Under the pieces are notes generated by a model. It worked only from the letters and a program-made list of their open reading frames with translations. It did no database searches and was not told the DNA's origin. Positions 20,256 to 27,982 of a DNA stretch of 64,000 bases are shown one piece after another. Numbering within the stretch: the stretch's first letter is position 1; each line of letters begins with the position of its first letter. The translations under genes and the position numbers were made by a program. Origin of the DNA: Shigella phage ESh24; the sequence record ON528734; one strand, written 5' to 3'.

Positions 20256-20813
20256 ATGCAGAAAACAAATCCGGGTTTGCAGAGACTATTTCAGATTCCG
20301 ACATTTACCCTATCGAACAGTGACTTGACTAGTGAAATGAAGGTCAAAATTGCTGATACAGCAAGATACTCTTTAAAACAAAATCCAAATCAGGATAAGG
20401 CAGAAGTTATCGAAAGATGCCGTATCGCTGTGTACGCAGAGTTTTTTGTGGCAGATTGGCTAAGCGGATATGTCAATAAAGGCCAAGAAGATGTCGATGA
20501 TCCGTACACATATGCATGGGATGTTTTAGCACATCCAAAATACTGTGGGCTCCGTGTAGAAGTTAAGACACATCAAACTGACTCGCGTTGGATTTCGGTA
20601 ACAACGGGATGCAGCGGAGAGTATCCATATGGTTCTGGAATAAATCTAGGGCCCATTCTAAATCATCAAGTCGCTGACTGTATAATTATATTCAACACTA
20701 AAGAAATTCATCCAGGTGTCATCCAGTACACTCCGAAGTTCATCGGTGATAGAGAAGACCTTCGTAAGGTTGTAAGAAAAAGCAACTACAACGGATGGTA
20801 TCTTTCCATTTAA
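20256..20813 (+). CDS. denB: endonuclease IV (DenB)
   Basis: 185 aa; length and position downstream of rIIB fit T4 DenB. Confidence 0.75.
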   Translation: MQKTNPGLQRLFQIPTFTLSNSDLTSEMKVKIADTARYSLKQNPNQDKAEVIERCRIAVYAEFFVADWLSGYVNKGQEDVDDPYTYAWDVLAHPKYCGLRVEVKTHQTDSRWISVTTGCSGEYPYGSGINLGPILNHQVADCIIIFNTKEIHPGVIQYTPKFIGDREDLRKVVRKSNYNGWYLSI

Positions 20814-20830
20814 AAAATTTCACAAAACGG

Positions 20831-20859
20831 TTTACATACCACAAGGACCGTGGTACTAT
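20831..20859 (+). promoter_or_regulatory. T4-type early promoter with A/T UP-like element
   Basis: aaaaaatttcacaaaacgg then -35 TTTACA 20831-20836, 17 nt, -10 TACTAT 20854-20859. Confidence 0.7.
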
Positions 20860-20887
20860 ACAATTATCAACTACGGAGGAGCGGAAA

Positions 20888-21151
20888 ATGAAATTTAAAT
20901 TTTATTACGCTAAACATAAAATAACTGATGAATTCGTGTCAGTTGAATATTCTAGCGATGATGAAGGTATGATTTATACTCGCTTAGGATTATCGCATTG
21001 GGAGTCTGATACGCCTTATTTTTCAACTCCCGAAGAAATTACACGCTTAGTTAATGGTCATATGAATGACCACTGGGATGTAATTCTTTCAGATAGTCTT
21101 AAAGCGGCTATTAATAGTAATGAAATGAAAATTGCTGAGATTGAACTATGA
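20888..21151 (+). CDS. hypothetical early protein
   Basis: 87 aa from ATG 20888, SD GGAGGAG (track start 20795 reads through the promoter). Confidence 0.6.
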   Translation: MKFKFYYAKHKITDEFVSVEYSSDDEGMIYTRLGLSHWESDTPYFSTPEEITRLVNGHMNDHWDVILSDSLKAAINSNEMKIAEIEL

Positions 21152-21234
21152 GTTCATTATGGTGGTGTTTTGTTTGGTTAATTAGTATTCCAGTAATTTG
21201 TTTAACATTTACTTTTGTGATGAGGTTATTATGA
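21148..21234 (+). CDS. hydrophobic micro-protein
   Basis: 28 aa MSSLWWCFVWLISIPVICLTFTFVMRLL; ATGA overlap with previous ORF. Confidence 0.4.
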   Translation: MSSLWWCFVWLISIPVICLTFTFVMRLL

Positions 21235-21329
21235 AAATTATGAATTCTGTACTTATTGCTTGCGCGTGGTGGGTTGCACAGGTTTCAGCGGTAGTAGTTG
21301 GTATTCACATTTATTACGAATATTTTTAA
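21231..21329 (+). CDS. hydrophobic micro-protein
   Basis: 32 aa MKIMNSVLIACAWWVAQVSAVVVGIHIYYEYF; ATGA overlap. Confidence 0.4.
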   Translation: MKIMNSVLIACAWWVAQVSAVVVGIHIYYEYF

Positions 21330-21336
21330 AAAGCTG

Positions 21337-21365
21337 TTTACAAGACTGTTCTTCCGTGGTACTAT
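21337..21365 (+). promoter_or_regulatory. T4-type early promoter
   Basis: -35 TTTACA 21337-21342, 17 nt, -10 TACTAT 21360-21365; leader ctatcaactacggagga shared with promoter at 20831. Confidence 0.65.
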
Positions 21366-21393
21366 TACCCTATCAACTACGGAGGAACAGAAA

Positions 21394-21507
21394 ATGAAAA
21401 AGATTATTAAAGCTATATGGAATGTAGTTATAATACTAATAGTTTTGAGTATATTCCCAATCGTTTTAATGATTGATGTATTAAACGCTTACTTTGGATT
21501 TATGTGA
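21394..21507 (+). CDS. hydrophobic micro-protein
   Basis: 37 aa MKKIIKAIWNVVIILIVLSIFPIVLMIDVLNAYFGFM; SD GGAGGAA. Confidence 0.45.
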   Translation: MKKIIKAIWNVVIILIVLSIFPIVLMIDVLNAYFGFM

Positions 21508-21514
21508 GGAAAAT

Positions 21515-21712
21515 ATGAAGCGTAAACGCAGTGCTTTTACATTTATTGAATGGTTTTTCGATAATATTTTTCCGGCTTTATTCATTTTCATGCTGATTTT
21601 TGCCTTAGGTTCAGTTGTAGTTGGAATCTATTTGATGGCGGTAGTCGGAATGGATATTCATCAAAATGGTTTAAAATCCGTAGTTGAAACAATTTGGAAT
21701 GGTGTAAAATGA
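21515..21712 (+). CDS. small membrane protein
   Basis: 65 aa from ATG 21515 with SD GAGGAAAA; two hydrophobic segments. Confidence 0.5.
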   Translation: MKRKRSAFTFIEWFFDNIFPALFIFMLIFALGSVVVGIYLMAVVGMDIHQNGLKSVVETIWNGVK

Positions 21713-21819
21713 TGAATTTGTTGAGCGGTTGGTTTTATATTCTTATGTTTTACATTGGTGCAAATTTTCCATATTGGATGGGATGGTCAACAACTGCATT
21801 TGGATTTTATACTCCTTGA
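21709..21819 (+). CDS. hydrophobic micro-protein
   Basis: 36 aa MMNLLSGWFYILMFYIGANFPYWMGWSTTAFGFYTP; ATGA overlap. Confidence 0.4.
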   Translation: MMNLLSGWFYILMFYIGANFPYWMGWSTTAFGFYTP

Positions 21820-21827
21820 GGTGAATT

Positions 21828-22043
21828 ATGAAAAGTTTTAAAGATGTAAAAGTTGGTGAAATTTTCTGTTTAGATAACGGTGATCAGTTAATTCGTATTT
21901 CACCTCTTAAGAGCACTAGCGAGAAACCGACAGTTAATGCTACTTTAGCAAATAACAGTAACGAACGTTTCTGTATTGAAAGTGATACTGAAACTTATAC
22001 TGTAGAAGAGTTTTGGGAATTGAGCGTCGCCTGCGACGATTAA
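21828..22043 (+). CDS. hypothetical early protein
   Basis: 71 aa; SD GAGGTG; directly upstream of ndd. Confidence 0.55.
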   Translation: MKSFKDVKVGEIFCLDNGDQLIRISPLKSTSEKPTVNATLANNSNERFCIESDTETYTVEEFWELSVACDD

Positions 22044-22103
22044 TTTAATGGCCGTGTGTATTCATGCGGCCTTGGAGTAGAAAATAATTTAGAGGAAATT
22101 AAT

Positions 22104-22562
22104 ATGAAATACATGACTGTTACTGATCTGAATAATGCAGGCGCTACTGTTATTGGTACAATCAAGGGCGGTGAGTGGTTTTTGGGAACTCCGCATAAAG
22201 ATATTTTATCTAAACCTGGATTTTACTTTTTAGTGAGTAAATTAGATGGTCGTCCATTTAGTAATCCATGTGTGTCTGCACGATTTTATGTGGGTAATCA
22301 GCGTTCTAAGCAAGGATTCAGCGCAGTTCTAAGTCATATTCGTCAACGCCGGTCTCAACTTGCGCGTACTATTGCAAATAACAATGTTCCATACACAGTA
22401 TTTTATCTGCCTGCTTCTAAGATGAAACCTCTGACGACGGGATTTGGTAAAGGTCAGTTAGCTTTAGCGTTTACTCGTAATCATCATTCTGAGTATCAAA
22501 CACTTGAAGAAATGAACCGTATGTTGGCTGATAACTTTAAATTTGTTTTACAGGCATATTAA
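22104..22562 (+). CDS. ndd: nucleoid disruption protein Ndd
   Basis: 151 aa from ATG 22104 (SD AGAGGAAA); [25 protein letters not shown].. matches T4 Ndd. Confidence 0.9.
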   Translation: MKYMTVTDLNNAGATVIGTIKGGEWFLGTPHKDILSKPGFYFLVSKLDGRPFSNPCVSARFYVGNQRSKQGFSAVLSHIRQRRSQLARTIANNNVPYTVFYLPASKMKPLTTGFGKGQLALAFTRNHHSEYQTLEEMNRMLADNFKFVLQAY

Positions 22563-22642
22563 TGAGTAATTTCCACAACGAACACGTGATGCAGTTCTAT
22601 CGTAATAATTTTAAAACTAAAGGCGTCTTCGGACGCCAGTGA
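22562..22642 (+). CDS. stp: Stp peptide (anti-EcoprrI, activator of PrrC anticodon nuclease)
   Basis: 26 aa [26 protein letters not shown]; TAATG coupling to ndd; essentially the T4 Stp sequence as recalled. Confidence 0.85.
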   Translation: MSNFHNEHVMQFYRNNFKTKGVFGRQ

Positions 22643-22649
22643 GGAAAAT

Positions 22650-22812
22650 ATGGTTATTCTGGTTTTTTATTGAACTTATTACGGCTATTGTCTGTTCGGT
22701 TTGCTTCTTTTTAGGCATGTGGACCCCAGGTTCAGTATTCTTAAGTTTTCTGTTTATTGCCTGGGTGCTTTCTACTTCTGTTGGCTTACTTAAGATGATT
22801 AAAAATGATTAA
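22650..22812 (+). pseudogene. ac: ac (acridine sensitivity) membrane peptide, apparent +1 frameshift at a T6 run
   Basis: ATG 22650 with SD GAGGAAAA stops after 7 codons (TGA 22671-22673); hydrophobic frame IELITAIVCSVCFFLGMWTPGSVFLSFLFIAWVLSTSVGLLKMIKND continues in +1 to TAA 22810-22812; removing one T of 22663-22668 gives one 53-aa ORF. Confidence 0.6.
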
Positions 22813-22945
22813 GAAAATCTTGGGCTATTCATTAGCCCTTGCTATTTTATTAATAGCGTTATATTATGGAGTAATGTTCGGATTAATTCAAGTCGTGCTT
22901 TTCATTTCTGATGTTATTATGGCACTACATTCACTAGTATGGTAA
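22805..22945 (+). CDS. hydrophobic micro-protein (position of T4 52.1)
   Basis: 46 aa MIKKILGYSLALAILLIALYYGVMFGLIQVVLFISDVIMALHSLVW. Confidence 0.45.
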   Translation: MIKKILGYSLALAILLIALYYGVMFGLIQVVLFISDVIMALHSLVW

Positions 22946-22949
22946 ATTT

Positions 22950-24278
22950 ATGCAACTGAATAATCGCGATTTAAAAAGTATCATTGATAATGAAGCATTG
23001 GCTTATGCTATGTACACGGTTGAAAATCGTGCTATCCCAAATATGATTGACGGATTTAAGCCAGTTCAACGATTTGTTATTGCTCGAGCTCTTGATTTGG
23101 CACGAGGAAATAAAGATAAGTTTCACAAACTCGCTTCTATTGCAGGTGGTGTAGCGGACCTTGGATATCATCATGGTGAAAACTCTGCGCAAGACGCAGG
23201 TGCTTTAATGGCTAACACTTGGAATAATAACTTTCCTCTGTTAGATGGTCAAGGAAACTTTGGTTCTCGTACCGTCCAAAAAGCAGCAGCAAGTCGTTAT
23301 ATTTTTGCTCGTGTAAGTAAAAATTTCTATAACGTATATAAAGATACTGAATATGCTCCGGTACATCAAGATAAAGAACACATTCCGCCTGCTTTCTATT
23401 TGCCTATTATTCCTACTGTTCTTCTTAATGGCGTTTCCGGTATTGCAACTGGTTATGCAACTTACATTCTTCCTCATAGTGTTTCTTCTGTCAAGAAAGC
23501 TGTACTACAAGCTCTTCAAGGAAAGAAAGTAACTAAACCGAAGGTAGAATTCCCAGAATTTCGTGGTAAAGTCGTTGAAATTGATGGGCAATATGAAATT
23601 CGTGGAACATATAAGTTTACTTCACGAACTCAAATGCATATCACTGAGATTCCGTATAAGTATGATCGTGAAACTTATGTGAGTAAAATCTTAGACCCAC
23701 TTGAAGATAAAGGCTTCATTACATGGGATGATGCTTGTGGTGAGCACGGCTTCGGCTTTAAAGTTAAATTCCGTAAAGAATATTCTTTGAGCGATAATGA
23801 AGAAGAACGCCATGCAAAAATTATGAAAGACTTCGGGTTGATTGAGCGTCGTTCTCAGAATATTACGGTTATTAATGAGAAAGGAAAGCTACAAGTTTAC
23901 GATAACGTAGTCGATTTAATTAAAGACTTTGTTGAAGTTCGTAAAACTTATGTCAAAAAACGAATTGATAACAAAATCAAAGAAACTGAATCAGCTTTTC
24001 GTTTAGCCTTTGCCAAGGCACATTTCATTAAGAAAGTAATTTCAGGTGAAATTGTTGTACAAGGTAAAACTCGTAAAGAACTAACCGAAGAACTTTCTAA
24101 AATTGATATGTATTCTTCTTATGTTGATAAACTAGTCGGAATGAATATTTTTCATATGACTTCCGACGAAGCAAAGAAACTTGCTGAAGAAGCAAAAGCT
24201 AAAAAAGAAGAAAACGAATATTGGAAAACTACTGATGTAGTTACAGAATACACCAAAGATTTAGAGGAAATCAAATGA
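22950..24278 (+). CDS. 52: DNA topoisomerase II medium subunit gp52 (GyrA-like cleavage subunit)
   Basis: 442 aa; active-site region AAASRYIFARV; matches T4 gp52. Confidence 0.95.
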   Translation: MQLNNRDLKSIIDNEALAYAMYTVENRAIPNMIDGFKPVQRFVIARALDLARGNKDKFHKLASIAGGVADLGYHHGENSAQDAGALMANTWNNNFPLLDGQGNFGSRTVQKAAASRYIFARVSKNFYNVYKDTEYAPVHQDKEHIPPAFYLPIIPTVLLNGVSGIATGYATYILPHSVSSVKKAVLQALQGKKVTKPKVEFPEFRGKVVEIDGQYEIRGTYKFTSRTQMHITEIPYKYDRETYVSKILDPLEDKGFITWDDACGEHGFGFKVKFRKEYSLSDNEEERHAKIMKDFGLIERRSQNITVINEKGKLQVYDNVVDLIKDFVEVRKTYVKKRIDNKIKETESAFRLAFAKAHFIKKVISGEIVVQGKTRKELTEELSKIDMYSSYVDKLVGMNIFHMTSDEAKKLAEEAKAKKEENEYWKTTDVVTEYTKDLEEIK

Positions 24279-24424
24279 GTCCATTCATAGGTATTACAAG
24301 CGCTGCATTAGTATCTGGTAGCATTTTACTGGCGGGTTTAGGCGTTGTTCCAGCCGTAGCAGGAGGTCTTCTTGCGTTCGGAATTCAACGTGTTATCATG
24401 ACAGTTATCACAGTCATGCAGTAA
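24275..24424 (+). CDS. small membrane protein (position of T4 motA.1)
   Basis: 49 aa MSPFIGITSAALVSGSILLAGLGVVPAVAGGLLAFGIQRVIMTVITVMQ; ATGA overlap with gene 52. Confidence 0.45.
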   Translation: MSPFIGITSAALVSGSILLAGLGVVPAVAGGLLAFGIQRVIMTVITVMQ

Positions 24425-24429
24425 TTTTA

Positions 24430-24455
24430 GGGAGAGCCTCGGCTCTCCCTTTTTT
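24430..24455 (+). terminator. hairpin plus T-run
   Basis: gggagag-cctcgg-ctctccc then ttttt. Confidence 0.7.
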
Positions 24456-24481
24456 ATTTTAAAATTTTTTTCACAAAACGG

Positions 24482-24510
24482 TTTACAACCAAAGCATACT
24501 GTGGTACTAT
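24482..24510 (+). promoter_or_regulatory. T4-type early promoter with UP-like element
   Basis: aaaatttttttcacaaaacgg then -35 TTTACA 24482-24487, 17 nt, -10 TACTAT 24505-24510. Confidence 0.7.
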
Positions 24511-24551
24511 ACAACTATCAACTACTGATACAGAATTACGGAGATTAGAAA

Positions 24552-25187
24552 ATGTCTAAAGTAACTTACATCATCAAAGCTTCTAACGATGTTCTGAATG
24601 AAAAAACTGCTGCGATTTTAATTACTATTGCTAAGAAAGATTTCATTACAGCCGCAGAAGTTCGTGAGGTGCATCCAGATTTAGGTAACGCAGTAGTTAA
24701 TAGTAATATTGGGGTGTTGATTAAAAAAGGCCTGGTGGAGAAATCTGGTGATGGATTAATCATTACTGGTGAAGCTCAGGATATTATTTCAAATGCAGCA
24801 ACTTTATATGCACAAGAAAATGCTCCGGAACTGCTGAAAAAACGAGCAACTCGTAAAGCTCGCGAGATTACTTCCGATATGGAAGAAGATAAAGACTTCA
24901 TGTTAAAACTTTTAGATGAAAATGGATTTATTCTTAAAAAGGTTGAAACTTACCGCAGTAACTATCTTGCTATTTTAGAAAAACGCACTCACGGAATTCG
25001 CAATTTTGAAATTAACAATAATGGAAATATGCGAATTTTTGGATATAAAATGATGGAACATCATATTCAGAAATTTACTGATATCGGAATGTCATGTAAA
25101 ATCGCTAAAAACGGTAATGTGTATCTTGACATTAAACGCTCGGCAGAAAACATTGAAGCAGTAATCACCGTAGCATCTGAACTGTGA
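24552..25187 (+). CDS. motA: MotA, activator of middle transcription
   Basis: 211 aa MSKVTYIIKASNDVLNEKTAAILITIAKKDF..; matches T4 MotA; SD is GGAG. Confidence 0.95.
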   Translation: MSKVTYIIKASNDVLNEKTAAILITIAKKDFITAAEVREVHPDLGNAVVNSNIGVLIKKGLVEKSGDGLIITGEAQDIISNAATLYAQENAPELLKKRATRKAREITSDMEEDKDFMLKLLDENGFILKKVETYRSNYLAILEKRTHGIRNFEINNNGNMRIFGYKMMEHHIQKFTDIGMSCKIAKNGNVYLDIKRSAENIEAVITVASEL

Positions 25188-25197
25188 GGAATAAATA

Positions 25198-25527
25198 ATG
25201 AACAAGTTAGAAATTGTTAATGAACTTCGTCGTTGTGCAGAACCCACTCAAGAGGGGTGGGACATCTGGTATCATGGAGCTTATCTTGGAACTATCGTAA
25301 AGATTAAGACTGGCAAATACATGATTATTCGTGAAAGTAAAGATGCTCCAGTAGGTATTCGCAATAATTTCATGGCAGCGATAAGTTCCTTTACGGATTC
25401 AGCTTACGAAATTTACCTTGCTGATTATAAAGAATTCCAGGAATCTCAACCAGTTATTCGTTCAATTGGTGTTAACAAAGCTCAACAGAAAACTTTGTGG
25501 CAACGTATTAAAGGATGGTTTAAATGA
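25198..25527 (+). CDS. hypothetical early protein
   Basis: 109 aa; SD GAGGAA; motA-arn cluster. Confidence 0.6.
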   Translation: MNKLEIVNELRRCAEPTQEGWDIWYHGAYLGTIVKIKTGKYMIIRESKDAPVGIRNNFMAAISSFTDSAYEIYLADYKEFQESQPVIRSIGVNKAQQKTLWQRIKGWFK

Positions 25528-25985
25528 AAACTTTTAAAGAACGTTTAGCTCTGTTAGATAAAGCTTTGTTACGTGAGACTCCGGAAAGTCTGGCTGCTAA
25601 ATTAGCTTCTTACGGCGGTGAATATACAGAACAAAATGTTTTAGATGAAGTTCCTGAAATCTGTTGGCAGACTGCATATTGGGATGAAAACCAAAAGTAT
25701 CAACGACGAATTGTCTGTGCAGCCAACCGTTTTAAATTAAAAGATGGACGAACTCTTATTATTCCGGGTGCTCGTCATTATTCTAAAGATATGGCAGCAG
25801 TTTTAGATGTAGTTAAACCTCAATTAGTTACTCAACAAGTTTGTGATGATGACCAAGGGTTTATTGACCAATATAGTAATTATTGGACACGTGAAGAAGC
25901 AATGATTATTGCAACTTACGCTGGACAAGTACGTATTGAACGTGGTGGTAGTGAAAAAGAACTTTACTCTGAGGACCTTTACTAA
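25524..25985 (+). CDS. hypothetical early protein
   Basis: 153 aa; ATGA overlap with previous ORF. Confidence 0.6.
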   Translation: MKTFKERLALLDKALLRETPESLAAKLASYGGEYTEQNVLDEVPEICWQTAYWDENQKYQRRIVCAANRFKLKDGRTLIIPGARHYSKDMAAVLDVVKPQLVTQQVCDDDQGFIDQYSNYWTREEAMIIATYAGQVRIERGGSEKELYSEDLY

Positions 25986-26281
25986 TGAATATTAAAAAGT
26001 TTCAAATTGATGGAATTATGAATCAAATCCAGGCGCTGGAATATGCCAATAAAATGATGTCAACTAATTGGGGAATTTATACCAATGAACCTGCATTTCA
26101 GTTTTGTGATATGGAATTAACTAAAAAGCTCGTAGGAAAAGATTATGTATGTCCATTTAGTTCTCCAGTAAATGGAATGTTAAAACCTGCTTTACGCGAT
26201 CTTTATATTGCGATGAATGAAGAGATGATAAAAGATCTAAAACGTCAACTGAAGGTAATTCAATTTGGCCAGGGAAATTAA
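25985..26281 (+). CDS. hypothetical early protein
   Basis: 98 aa; TAATG coupling. Confidence 0.55.
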   Translation: MNIKKFQIDGIMNQIQALEYANKMMSTNWGIYTNEPAFQFCDMELTKKLVGKDYVCPFSSPVNGMLKPALRDLYIAMNEEMIKDLKRQLKVIQFGQGN

Positions 26282-26483
26282 TTCAAAATCCGATTATTTT
26301 AATTCTCTCAATGATAAAGATAAAAATCTAATACGGCATTTTATTGTTGAGATGGGATATACTGACACACGTGATTTAAGAGAACATATATTTGAATGTG
26401 GTGTAGCTAAAAAGTTTTCATTCACATGCAAATGTTTGAGAGAGGTAATTCAGCACTATGAACAATTTAGTCGCAAAACATAA
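26265..26483 (+). CDS. hypothetical early protein with TTG start
   Basis: 72 aa; only TTG 26265 available, SD GAAGG 9 nt upstream; overlaps previous ORF by 17 nt. Confidence 0.4.
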   Translation: MAREINSKSDYFNSLNDKDKNLIRHFIVEMGYTDTRDLREHIFECGVAKKFSFTCKCLREVIQHYEQFSRKT

Positions 26484-26577
26484 TTTTAATAAAGCTTCTG
26501 TCCATAAAGATAAGAAGAAAGCGTTTAAAGAATCTAATCGCAAACAGAAACATAAGGGGAAGGTCTATGATTATTGA
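26458..26577 (+). CDS. possible very basic 39-aa peptide
   Basis: MNNLVAKHNFNKASVHKDKKKAFKESNRKQKHKGKVYDY; overlaps both neighbours out of frame; weak SD. Confidence 0.3.
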   Translation: MNNLVAKHNFNKASVHKDKKKAFKESNRKQKHKGKVYDY

Positions 26578-26846
26578 TTCTCAATCTGTGGTTCAATATA
26601 CAATCAAAATTGATATTCTAGAAAAGCTATATAAGTTTTCTACCAAATTTATACCATTCAATTGTTAATGAATTAGTTGAAGAATTACATCTTGAGAATA
26701 ACGATTTCTTGATTGGAACTTATAAAGACCTCTCAAAAGCAGGATATTTTTACGTAATTCCAGCTCCAGGAAAAAGTATTGATGATATATTAAAAACTAT
26801 AATGATTTACGTCCATGATTACGAAATTGAAGATTATTTCGAATGA
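26567..26846 (+). pseudogene. arn: arn (anti-restriction nuclease, McrBC inhibitor), apparent +1 frameshift at a T4 run
   Basis: MIIDSQSVVQYTIKIDILEKLYKF then frame stops at 26666-26668; +1 frame continues LPNLYHSIVNELVEELHLENNDFLIGTYKDLSKAGYFYVIPAPGK..HDYEIEDYFE*; 280 nt, 279 after removing one T of 26636-26639, which gives 92 aa as in T4 Arn. Confidence 0.7.
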
Positions 26847-26995
26847 GTCATAATCTTGAAAAGGTAATCGAGCACAATGTAGCTCAGGAACGTGAGTCGT
26901 TCAAGGAATTCGTAGAAAAAATTTTTGAAGAAAATAACACAGACCAGTTTACAAATCAAGCGTCTGATGATATTATAACAAAGTCAACTAATTGA
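26843..26995 (+). CDS. hypothetical small acidic protein (position of T4 asiA.1)
   Basis: 50 aa MSHNLEKVIEHNVAQERESFKEFVEKIFEENN..; ATGA overlap with arn stop. Confidence 0.45.
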   Translation: MSHNLEKVIEHNVAQERESFKEFVEKIFEENNTDQFTNQASDDIITKSTN

Positions 26996-27007
26996 GTGGT
27001 ATAGTTA

Positions 27008-27280
27008 ATGAATAAAAACATTGATACAGTTCGTGAAATTATTACTGTTGCATCTATTTTGATTAAATTTTCCAGAGAAGATATTGTTGAGAATCGTGCT
27101 AATTTTATTGCATTTCTGAATGAGATTGGAGTAACGCATGAAGGTAGAAAGTTAAATCAGAATTCATTCCGTAAAATTGTTTCTGAATTAACCCAAGAAG
27201 ATAAGAAAACCCTCATCGACGAATTCAACGAGGGTTTTGAGAGTGTATATCGATATCTAGAGATGTATACGAACAAATAA
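27008..27280 (+). CDS. asiA: anti-sigma70 factor AsiA
   Basis: 90 aa MNKNIDTVREIITVASILIKFSREDIVENRANFIAFLNEIG..; matches T4 AsiA. Confidence 0.95.
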   Translation: MNKNIDTVREIITVASILIKFSREDIVENRANFIAFLNEIGVTHEGRKLNQNSFRKIVSELTQEDKKTLIDEFNEGFESVYRYLEMYTNK

Positions 27281-27937
27281 TTATTTAGCCCTTCCTAATA
27301 TTCTGGCCGCCTGAGCACATATTGATTCAAGGCGGTCATTACTTATATGATCATTTCTATACCAGTACATGGTTATCGTTCCAGCATAGATATTATCCAA
27401 ATTAAAATATGGACAACTGTACATGTAGTTTATTTCGGGAGTAGGCTTTTTAGTTGGTAAAAAAGCAAATTTTGAGTTGGAATAATAATGACGTCCATTT
27501 AAATGAACTATATATTCATCCATAGTTTTATCAACAGGATATCCTCCAAGTGATTTTTCACTTATTGTTGAAGGTAATTTTCCTTCATATGCTATAATAT
27601 CAACAAAATAGTTTAAGTTTTTAGGGCGGAAAGAATACACCGCACTAAAGTCTGCCTCAGATGATATATGAACTATCTGGAGTTGTTCCAGGGCGACAGA
27701 TTCAAAGCGTGCATTTCTTTCCTTTTCAATAATTTCACTGTATGTTTCATACTTTGATTGCTTATAGTACTCAAAGAAACTATCTCCCCTATACCAAACA
27801 ATCGCCATTATAAACAAAAGAATTACGACAGCTACCCGGGAAGCAAGAACCTTCCCGGTAGCATTATCTTTGAACAAGCGATCTAGAACACCCAACAGAA
27901 TATCAGAGGGCGAAAATGATATTCTAGGTGCTGCCAT
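27281..27937 (-). CDS. t: holin T
   Basis: 218 aa MAAPRISFSPSDIL.., single TM VAVVILLFIMAIVWY, large periplasmic domain; matches T4 T. Confidence 0.95.
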   Translation of the reverse strand: MAAPRISFSPSDILLGVLDRLFKDNATGKVLASRVAVVILLFIMAIVWYRGDSFFEYYKQSKYETYSEIIEKERNARFESVALEQLQIVHISSEADFSAVYSFRPKNLNYFVDIIAYEGKLPSTISEKSLGGYPVDKTMDEYIVHLNGRHYYSNSKFAFLPTKKPTPEINYMYSCPYFNLDNIYAGTITMYWYRNDHISNDRLESICAQAARILGRAK

Positions 27938-27955
27938 AGACCCTCCTTTTAAGGA

Positions 27956-27963
27956 TATTTATA
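27956..27963 (-). promoter_or_regulatory. late promoter for t
   Basis: TATAAATA on minus strand (plus tatttata) 19 nt upstream of the t ATG. Confidence 0.7.
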
Positions 27964-27982
27964 TGCTGAGAGGTATTACCAT

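Noticed and set aside
20795-20887. N-terminal extensions offered by the ORF track through TTG, GTG or upstream ATG (for example 20795, 21298, 41136, 50402, 50853, 58534, 11409, 3671, 37870, 39049, 45273)
   Set aside because: The extensions read through promoter or terminator sequence. A downstream ATG with a proper SD reproduces the known T4 protein length in each case I could check (Ndd 151, RNase H 305, gp33 112, DenA 136, RnlA 374, Alc 167, PseT 301).
25985-26483. Possible fourth T-run frameshift joining ORFs 25985-26281 and 26265-26483 (deleting one T of TTT 26264-26266 fuses them)
   Set aside because: The second ORF has a usable TTG start with SD GAAGG 9 nt upstream, so two separate genes are equally plausible. 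I cannot recall the T4 arrangement well enough to decide.
27278-27283. asiA (+) and t (-) stop codons abut with zero intergenic distance and no terminator
   Set aside because: This is a convergent early/late gene junction that is temporally separated, and I believe it is the normal T-even arrangement. It is not evidence of anything new.
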